DNA of 63,060 nt, counting the filler, from Octopus bimaculoides (lineage: Eukaryota), in assembly GCF_001194135.2 (NCBI RefSeq). It is 6 parts of 6 records of this genome, joined end to end, with 100 filler letters (N's around TTAATTAATTAA, not from the genome) between each part and the next. Parts side by side here need not be neighbours in the genome. Positions count along the whole stretch, not along the records: positions 34,509 to 54,786 come from NC_068996.1; positions 54,887 to 59,948 come from NC_068998.1; positions 60,049 to 61,445 come from NC_068988.1; positions 61,546 to 63,060 come from NW_026299221.1; 2 more parts are not named here. One strand, given 5' to 3'. The translations under genes and the position numbers were made by a program. Position 1 is the stretch's first letter. The number at the start of each line of letters is the position of its first letter. Of this stretch, positions 54,158 to 63,060 are shown in pieces. The notes beneath the pieces are model-generated. The model did no database searches, was not told the DNA's origin, and saw nothing but the letters and a program-made list of their open reading frames with translations.

Positions 54158-54688
54158 GAATAAGACAATACCTACGTTGAAGTATTGAGAATTCTGCAGT
54201 TACTCTATCCAGATTAGAAGTTCAGGTTTATACCAGTAATTACCGAGACGCTGAGATATGTAAGGCACTGACTAAATACCTAAATAAGAATCTTGAGAAG
54301 TTAGGCGTCAAAAAGCAACAAAGGAGATTGCTGATTCGATGACTACAGACCCAACCCATCACTGGAACTGTAAATATCTGTAAAACTTGTCAAAGATTTA
54401 TCATTTAAATGTATATGAGTATGTGTAGATATGCGAGAATATGCATGAGAAGACATACATAAAGCAAAACACACAAATCTGTACTCACACATACATACAT
54501 ACATACATACATACATACATACATACATACATACATACATACATACGTACATACATAAATACAAGAATGCGTACACACGACAATACCCTGTCGTTCATGT
54601 TGAAATTACAAACAAGGAGACTTGGATGGAGATTAGAATACGGATCTTTCACTATTGGCAAGAAATCTTCAAATAAACTCAACAATGA
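54158..54688 (+). mobile_element. Continuation of the R4/Dong-like LINE (RLE C-terminus plus full 3' UTR)
   Basis: E*DNTYVEVLRILQLLYPD*KFRFIPVI; UTR with internal (CATA)n; ends at CATACATACAT (54689). Confidence 0.8.
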
Positions 54689-54786
54689 CATACATACATT
54701 TCGTTTTAATTATTTACTACTTTCTGCTTTAGTATTTCAGTCATGTGATTGCGCATGCGAACTAAACTCCAGAGCCATATAGTGCT

Positions 54787-54886
54787 NNNNNNNNNNNNNN
54801 NNNNNNNNNNNNNNNNNNNNNNNNNNNNNNTTAATTAATTAANNNNNNNNNNNNNNNNNNNNNNNNNNNNNNNNNNNNNNNNNNNN
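54787..54886. other. Artificial scaffold-join spacer
   Basis: 44N-TTAATTAATTAA-44N. Confidence 0.97.
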
Positions 54887-56100
54887 ATATGGTTATGCCT
54901 GTTCAAAGGGTGTAATTTAATGTGAGATTAATATAGCAATGAATGCTGATTGCTGAACGAAGGAACGGGTGGGAGTAAGTAAAGGTAGGGGAGAAGTTAT
55001 CGATCTCGGATAGAGATGAAAAAAAAAAAGAAAAAGAAGACTAGAAATATTAATCAATAACTTATGCTGGATTTGATCCTACTTCATGCGTGTGTTGAGT
55101 GTGAGGCTGGAAATAGGCGTCTTTAATAAGAACAAAGATCTATCACTCTGACTCTCACCTCTTCCCTTCCCCCCTCTCTGTTTCTCTATTAGAGTAATCT
55201 ATTTATATTTCATGACCCTCCCTATACCTCACCTTCCTCTATGTACTATGCGTTGCTTTTGTTGTTGTTGTGATTGTTGTTGTTGTTCTAACGTCCTTAT
55301 GAACAAACACATTCTTTGATACGACCATCCCATCGATTGCTTTTACATTATTCACAATGTCTTTTCACTTTTCATATGATTTGGTTAGTATTTCTAGCGG
55401 GTCATACGACCACGTTGATTTCCCGCGCAGTTTAGTTCTTCATGTATGCTTTTATTCTTTTATATGTTTCAGCCTTGAGGCTGCGGCCTTGCTGGGACAC
55501 AACGGAACCCTAACACGTATCCCTAGATCCAGCCTTAGCTGTGATCTTGAAACCTAACCTAAATGAAATAAAGGGAGTATATCTGAACTGAACAGTAACA
55601 ATCTCAGAATCATTATGGGGATGGAAACTAATCAAAATTTATAATATTAATCTTTTAGAATTTAAACAAACCAGATCCGGCATCTCACACCTACCACACA
55701 ATATCGTTCGAAACATAGACGAACACATCACCGAAATCTTAAAGCTACGAGACAATGCATGAAAACTTCAAAACATCGTGAATAAATAATCTTTACATTT
55801 GAGAGAAATTTAAATGCGAAATGGTTAAGTTTAAAGATAGGCATTGAAGTGAGACAATTAGAACTGTAATACCCGTGAAAGCTGTTAAGAATAGATGAAA
55901 CTAATAAATTTAGATATTGAGATGAAAGTGTTGGAACTAGAATAGCTGTATAAATTGTTAAGAAGAGATGAAACTGATAATATATTGTGTGCAACAATGA
56001 AGAATACAATAAGAAAATGTACCTGAGAAAAGCTAAATTGGTATTAGAAGAATAATCATATACTAGAAATAAGGTACAAATATAAGACGTATATGATATC

Positions 56101-56538
56101 TTTTATCTTTTATCATTTCTTGTTTCAATCATTTGACTGTGACCATGATGGGGCATAACCTTGAAGAATGTTCAGTTGAATGTGTCGTCCCCCCGATATT
56201 ATTTATATAAGCATGGTACTTATTCTATAAGTTAATTTTGCCGAACCGCTATGTTACGAGGACTTAAGCATACCAGTACCAGTACCAGTTGTTAAGCGGT
56301 GGTGAGGAAGAATCACAGACACAAAGACAGACAGACAGACAGACACACACACACAGAGGTATGCACATATATATATGTAGAACGGGCTTCTTTCAGTTTC
56401 TGTCTACCAAATCTACTCACAAGGCTTTGGTCGGCCCGAGGCTATAGTAGAAGACACCTGCCCAAGGCGCGACGCAGTGGGACTGAACCCGAAACCATGC
56501 GGTTGGGATGCAAGCTCCTTGTCACACAGTCACGCCAT
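56101..56538 (-). mobile_element. SINE family B, near full length
   Basis: Reverse complement of 17562-17975, including GGGACTGAACCCGAAACCATG. Confidence 0.85.
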
Positions 56539-56541
56539 ATC

Positions 56542-56572
<31 letters not shown>

Positions 56573-56628
56573 CTATCTCTGTATGTATGTCTGTCTGTCT
56601 CTCTCTATATATATACATACATACATAT

Positions 56629-56679
<51 letters not shown>

Positions 56680-56837
56680 CATACATACATATGCACATGC
56701 ATATACACACATATATATACGCATACGTGCGCAGACACATATACATATAAAATATAATGATATTATTTACAACGATATGAATGGCTTAGCATGTGTAAAA
56801 AACCGTAAAGGTAAATATAATTATTCATTAATAATGA

Positions 56838-57547
56838 AGGGTTTGATTGCTCGTCACCGCTCAACTCATGGACACAAGCAACGATTTCTTTACCGAATCG
56901 TTACTGGCAACGAAAATGGTGTCTGTACATCAGTATGAAGCAGCGTAAGGAATGGCTTAGCCCCGGTAAGCAAGCAACACCGCGCATGAAACAGTATCTT
57001 CATCCGCTTAAAACGATGTTGTGCGTATGGTGGGACTGGGGAGGGATTATCCATTACGAATTGTTTGGAAGGAACCAAACGGTCAACGCGGAACTCTATG
57101 TTCAACAGATGGAACGACTCAATACGGCTATTGAAGAGAAAAGACCTAATCGGTAGCATGGTGTTTTTATGCTGTATGACAACGCCCTCCCTCATATCGC
57201 CAATATGACCAAGGAGGCCATTCAAACGCATGGCTGGGAAGTGCTGCCACACCCGCCGTACTCTCCTGATTTGGCACCAACGGATTTCCACCTCTTTCGA
57301 TCTCTTTCAAATACAATGCGCGGAGTTTCGTTCAATACTGATGCAGAATTGAAAGCTTGGTTGGATTAAGTTTTCGAGTCGAAATCAGGTGATTTCTACC
57401 AACGAGGTTTTGAAAATCTTGTTGAACGTTGGGAAGAAGTTATAAACAACAAGGGTGAATACATTATTGATTAATTAGTTATTTTTTATTAAACCTTTTA
57501 AAAATCTAAACTTTAAAAAAACGGTGGTAACTTAGTTGCCAACCTAA
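56838..57547 (+). pseudogene. 5'-truncated mariner (DD34D) transposase with right TIR
   Basis: RIVTGNE, HPLKTMLCVWWD, YDNALPH, LPHPPYSPDLAPTDFHLF, GEYIID*; TIR AACTTAGTTGCCAACCTAA followed by TA. Confidence 0.92.
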
Positions 57548-57558
57548 TATTAATCACC

Positions 57559-57751
57559 ACAATTGTTTCGACCCATCTAACATCGATTCCTCGCGAGTGG
57601 GATATTTAACACCCGGTTCAAGAGCATCGGAGGGTGCAGATATATCTATTTATAGCTCGAAGGGACACATCTGCACCGTCGGATGCTCCTGAACCATATG
57701 TTAAATATTCCATCCGTGAGGGATCGATGCTAGATGGGTCGAAATAATTGT
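57559..57751. other. ~193-bp foldback hairpin
   Basis: Arms 57559-57641 and 57669-57751 pair along their length with mostly transition mismatches; 27-nt loop. Confidence 0.88.
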
Positions 57752-58769
57752 AGTATTTAATAAATGTTCTCGTATCTTCCATCTTCCGTCTCCCATTAAC
57801 TGAATGCACACACGCGGGCTCACGGGGGGATACTTTCACAAAGTTCTCGTCAACCAAACTCACGAATTATTGGTTGGTTAGAGGTTTTATGAGAAGACAT
57901 TTGCCGAAGGTTCCACACACTGCAACTGAACTCGAAAGCCTGAGATTTCAAAGTGAGCGTCTTAACCACATACCTATATCTATGATTATAAATATATACG
58001 ATTATAGTTTAGAATATCCCAGCCATTCCTATTATAGATTTTATCTTCGATGAATTAAACTGGATGTTAAATGAATTGTGTAGGATTGAATAAGGATAAT
58101 GGTAAAAGGAGAATTAATATTCTTCATAAAGAACCCGTCGTCCTAAATCTGATTTAGTTAGAGTTAACACAAAGTCGGGTATGATATAAGCAGCGACCTA
58201 TTACAATGGGTAGAGAAAAATATTAGAAGTCAAAGAAAGACGGACTGATTAGTTTCATAAAGCGAGTTGGAAAGAAATCTTTATGTATGAGGTAACATTG
58301 GTAAAATATCAACTAGAAGCTACATAAAATAAAAATGGTTTTGTGATAAGGACAAAACAATGGAAACGGTAAAAACATCAAGAGAACAGAAGTTTAAAAT
58401 CAAAGTAGAAGTGAAAAAACGAAAAAAAAAAAAAAAAGGAAGGTATAAATACAAAAGCGAAAGTGGAAGAGAAGCCATCAAGGTTTGGATCAAAGGTGGA
58501 AACACAAGGTTTGATATTATCAACCGAACATCAATGGCTAAATACATCTCCCCGCCAAGAAAAAACAGAAAACGCAAGAGAATATATTAAAACAAGAGAT
58601 TAACGCCAATTACAGATTATAGATAAAAAAAAAAATGATAATCAAACACACGATTTTCTAGCTATCCATCCTTCAAAGAAACAATATATTCATAGACATG
58701 AGTGGGTCGGTAGATATATCCATAGGGAAATATACTGATGTATCTGTATGACAAGCGAAGATAAGTAGT

Positions 58770-58980
58770 AGAATCACGCACCAATCTCGCTATGTGATAA
58801 TAACATGGTTGTTTTAATCTGGGATATGCCTGTCTAAACTGACAAGAAAATCAAAACGAACCGTCTAAATATCATATTCAAAGATGGAAATGAAGAGCTA
58901 AGCCACTCTGATATACATCGATGTATCTCTTCAAACTAAGCCATCTCTCAGAAGATTGTTGAAAAGCTATCAAAGTAGGA
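58770..58980 (+). pseudogene. Very degenerate RLE-domain fragment
   Basis: VLIWD, IDVS and ISQKIVEKLSK* in RLE order (cf. IDMSVP.D.NIS.KE.EKLSKY). Confidence 0.35.
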
Positions 58981-59207
58981 CATCGAAGTGGGAATAAGTA
59001 AGTAGGGGAATATGAATGGCATCAATGGTAACTGGTGCATAATGAATGGTAAGAAAAAAAACAAAAACAAAATATGAATAGGAACAATAAAAGAAACAAA
59101 ATATTTCATGGCTTAAAACAAATGTAATATAGAAAAATAATAAAAACAAAATATCGCCGTAACAGGGAGTGGCACATTTTTTAAGCACAGTACTTTTAAT
59201 TTAGTAA

Positions 59208-59279
<72 letters not shown>

Positions 59280-59662
59280 GACAACACATATTCTGAAAAT
59301 TATATAATTTAGAAACACAACGCATATACTTACATACATACATACATACACATACAACGCATATGCTATACACGCATATTATTCAGCATACACACGCGCG
59401 CAAACACAAACACACACACGTACACGTACACATGCGCGCGCATGCAACGCACAGTCGAAGCAACGGTCTGGTTTAATAACGCAATTCATACAAAACATAT
59501 ATACAACGTAACCATCTCATTAGTACATCCAAGCATTGAATATAATGAGTTCATTACCGTATTCAAATGTTTTGAGCCCTTCTGGCCAATAACAGAAGTC
59601 ATCATCATCATCATCATCACGCCAATAGTGCAAAAGACTGCTGCTGCTACTACTACTACTAC

Positions 59663-59702
<40 letters not shown>

Positions 59703-59729
59703 GCTGCTGCTGCAGCTGCTGTCGTTATA

Positions 59730-59948
59730 AGGTCGGCGAGCTAGCAGAGTCGTTAGCACGCCAGGTAAAATGTTTAGCGGCGTGTCGTTCGTCCTTACGT
59801 TCTGAGTTCAAATTCCGTCAAAGTCGATTTTGCCTTTCATCCTTTCGGGGTCGATACATTAAACACTAGCGAAGCAACGGGATCGATGTAATCGACTATC
59901 TCCCTCTCGCAAAATCTCATGCCTTGTGCCTATAGTAGAAAGGATTAT
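59730..59948 (+). mobile_element. SINE family C
   Basis: GGCGAGCTAGCAGAGTCGTTAGC head, GAGTTCAAATTCC, GCCTTTCATCCTTTCGGGGTCGATA. Confidence 0.85.
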
Positions 59949-60048
59949 NNNNNNNNNNNNNNNNNNNNNNNNNNNNNNNNNNNNNNNNNNNNTTAATTAA
60001 TTAANNNNNNNNNNNNNNNNNNNNNNNNNNNNNNNNNNNNNNNNNNNN
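59949..60048. other. Artificial scaffold-join spacer
   Basis: 44N-TTAATTAATTAA-44N. Confidence 0.97.
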
Positions 60049-60416
60049 TCTGTCACACAAATGTGAAAGCAGAGATATTGTTTTCAGTCGTGTTTGTTTG
60101 TTTGTCCGTGGACAAGATATCTCAAGAACTGCTGGATGAATTCGGATGAAACTTTCAGGGATGTTTGGCCTCATAACTGGCTCGAACCTGATTAGATTTT
60201 GGGATTGATCCGGTACCGGACAAGGATTCTGGATTATTTTTCATGCTTTTTTTACTTAATTTTTGAGAGCGGTCAGGTTCATTTTTAGTATTCTCTTTTG
60301 TGAGAGCATTCGAGTTTATTTCAGATATTCTCATTTTAAAAATCATCACTGGCTAATAATTAAGAGGACGTTGGTGTTGCCTTGGCGGAGGTTTGCGCTC
60401 TCTGAGTGCTCTTGTT
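60049..60416 (+). mobile_element. Helentron-associated (HINE/DINE-1-like) non-autonomous element, left end lost in the gap
   Basis: Internal (GTTT)n, subterminal CCTTGGCGGAGGT (60380-60392), terminal hairpin GCGCTC-TCT-GAGTGC (60395-60409), then a T-rich end. Confidence 0.6.
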
Positions 60417-60508
60417 ATTGTTATTACCATAATGATAAATTTACTAATTCTAGCAAGAATTTGAACTTATTTTATTACCTGTACCATGCCATAGCTACCT
60501 ATTCTATA

Positions 60509-60544
<36 letters not shown>

Positions 60545-61445
60545 CTGTTATATTGCACTTAACTTAATTAGTTTTTATTATTAACTTGAAGAGGAAGTAC
60601 ATTGCCTGTAGCTTTATTTTTGATCTCTTCTAAACTGAGAGAATTTTCTGTTTTTTTTTTTGTTTTTGTTGTTTAGTCTCTGATCAAACCTGATTAAGCA
60701 GACGTTTGATTGATGAAAACAGTTCTGCTTGTGACTATTCCATTTTTTGCTATAGCTAGGACCACGCTGTCCAAGATAACCTTCCTTCTTTTGTAAAGAC
60801 TATAGTTGTTGGCTGCTCTTTTTCTAACAGGTTGAGCAAACCGTAAGTCCTTTGTTTCCTAGCTTAATTGAGGACCCTTCCTCAGCTTATTTGGAGCAAT
60901 AGATGTCCTTTTTGTTATCAGTCAGGTAAACTGTTATCCCCCTTTCTCTTTTTTTCCTTCCCTTTCTCGTTACTCACACGTCACCATCGTCTATCTTTCT
61001 TTTCCTGCATGTATACTGAAATGAACGGACATGTTTTTTTCTCTCTTCTATCTTTTCTCACTTCTATCTTTTCTCTCTTCAAAAAAATGTTTCTCCCAGC
61101 GTTCACTATTTTCCTCTCATCCTGGTTTAATGACACCTCCATGTTTGTTTTCATTCCGTTTCCTTCTATGTCTCCATTGTCATTTTTTTGTTTCCAACTT
61201 TGACCCTCCATAAATTCTAAATTTTATTTTAGAATTTATGAGAACAACTGTCTTTGAAGACTCATATTGTTCAATGCTCAAAATGAGGAATAGATAGAAA
61301 GCCGACAACTGATGAAGGGTTCATTCTCTGTGTTAACTTGTCCTGTTTTCCATTTGTTGATGTTGTTTACGTATTTCATGTTATTTGCACCATTGGTGAC
61401 GTCCTGTACCCATATATGCATGTATATATATATATATATATATAT

Positions 61446-61545
61446 NNNNNNNNNNNNNNNNNNNNNNNNNNNNNNNNNNNNNNNNNNNNTTAATTAATTA
61501 ANNNNNNNNNNNNNNNNNNNNNNNNNNNNNNNNNNNNNNNNNNNN
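61446..61545. other. Artificial scaffold-join spacer
   Basis: 44N-TTAATTAATTAA-44N. Confidence 0.97.
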
Positions 61546-62430
61546 GTCTGTGATACAGATGCATTCCCAAGTGACAGCTGTATCTGTTGTGACACGGTTG
61601 TTTGTGACATATATTCAAGCCCTGATAACAGCTGTTCCTGCTGTAACAGTTACATTTGTCAAATAGATGCCCCCTCCCTCCACTGAAAGTTGTATCTGCT
61701 GTGACACAGTTATACTTGTAATAACTCTGGTGACACAGTTGTAACTGTTGTAAAATAGATGCACATCAACTGATACAGTTGTACATCTCATGCTACAAAT
61801 GTACATCTAATAACAGACCTGTGCTGACATAGTTGTATTTGTAATGGTATGCATATACTTCTAATGTAACAGATTTTCATCTGGTGATACAAATGTACTG
61901 CTGAAACGCATATGCTTCTGAAGATACATGTGTACCTATAAAAACGAAGGTATATCTCTAATGACAGATGTACCTACAGGAACATGTACCTATGGGGAAC
62001 TTACGTCTCTATGAGACACCTATGAGTTACAGAAGTACCTACGAAGAAATGTATGCATTTATGATGACACAAATGCACCTAATGTAACACATGATGACAG
62101 ATAAACACCTAAGAACATAAATATGCCTAGGATAACGCAGATGATACAAATGTACTTAAGGGACACAGAGGTACATACAAAGGTATTTAAGTCCTTACTG
62201 TGACATAGGTGCGTCGTTCGAGAAACATGTACCAACAAGGACACCCATGGTAAAACTTATGTCTATGGTGAGGCACATATGTTGACAGAAATGTAGGACA
62301 CACATGTATTTATGATACAGATCTACATATGGTGATACAGATGGACTTATGGGACACATACGTACTTATGAACCTATACTGGCACTTATGGACCTATGCT
62401 GACACTTATGGACCTATGCTGACATATATG
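61546..62430 (+). repeat. Degenerate 18-20-bp minisatellite
   Basis: Recurring GA(T/C)ACAGATGTA / GACACAGTTGTA units; exact 20-bp repeat CACTTATGGACCTATGCTGA twice (62383-62422). Confidence 0.75.
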
Positions 62431-62617
62431 TAACTCTGGAGACTTGTTCCTAAGGGAGGACATGTATCAATCGAAGTATAGATCTACTGTGCTTTTAATT
62501 AGAATCGTGACGATATAGTTTTACTTTTAATCAATGTAACATGGATGTAACACAAGTTACACGATTACATGTACTCTCATCAATATATATAACTTTCAAA
62601 ACATGTATAATTGTAAA

Positions 62618-62810
62618 GACATGCTCTTTTGACAACATATTTACATTTGACAACATAGCTATCTTTGTCAACATATACTGTCATCAACATATGTGCCTTT
62701 GACAACATATTTTCCTTCATCAAAACATGTTCCTTCAATAATATACATATCTCTGACAACGCAAGTTACCTTCGTCAATACGTACACCTTTGACACGTGT
62801 ACTTTCGTCA
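62618..62810 (+). repeat. Degenerate 18-bp tandem repeat (G/A)(A/T)CAACATAnnnnnTT(T/C)
   Basis: GACAACATATTTACATTT, GACAACATAGCTATCTTT, GACAACATATTTTCCTTC and similar units. Confidence 0.75.
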
Positions 62811-62835
62811 TTTATAATTATGAATATGAGCGTAG

Positions 62836-63060
62836 CTGATGCCAGTACAGCCTGACTGGCCCTCGTGCTGGTGGCACGTAAAAGCACCCACTACACTCTC
62901 GGAGTGGTTGGCGTTAGGAAGGGCATCCAGCTGTAGAAAGTTTGCCAGATCAGATTGGAGACTGGTGCAGCCTTCTGGCTCGCCAGCTTTTCAGTCAAAC
63001 CGTCTAACCCATGCCAGCACGGAAAGCGGACGTTAAACAATGATGATGATGATGACGATG
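62836..63060 (+). mobile_element. 3' tail of an RTE-type LINE or RTE-dependent SINE, ending in (GAT)n
   Basis: GTTGGCGTTAGGAAGGGCATCCAGCTGTAGAA...GGAAAGCGGACGTTAAAC(GAT)n; family assignment from memory. Confidence 0.65.

Overview
AT-rich animal DNA that is almost entirely repeat-derived, microsatellite-dense and gappy. The SINE/LINE repertoire looks like a coleoid cephalopod (Octopus-type); this is recognition from memory, not a search. I find no confident host protein-coding gene, rRNA, true tRNA or CRISPR array; most long ORFs in the track are N-runs or microsatellite translations. The window joins six scaffolds through five artificial 44N-TTAATTAATTAA-44N spacers, so order across those joins is unproven. 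It contains decayed Tx1/L1, RTE, R4/Dong-like (RLE) and Penelope retroelements, Tc1/mariner relics, hAT-, pogo- and Merlin-like MITEs, Helitron-like repeats and several modular tRNA-derived SINE families (labelled A, B, C and E here). Best leads: (1) an R4/Dong-like LINE family bounded by (CATA)n; (2) a minimal hammerhead ribozyme in a Penelope terminal repeat, with a second copy joined to a tRNA-like head; (3) a TIR/8-bp-TSD element carrying a telomere-like array; (4) two ~200-bp foldback hairpins, one with a pre-miRNA-sized core and an internal micro-inversion; (5) (GATA)n-associated Tx1 copies whose tail is shared by a SINE.
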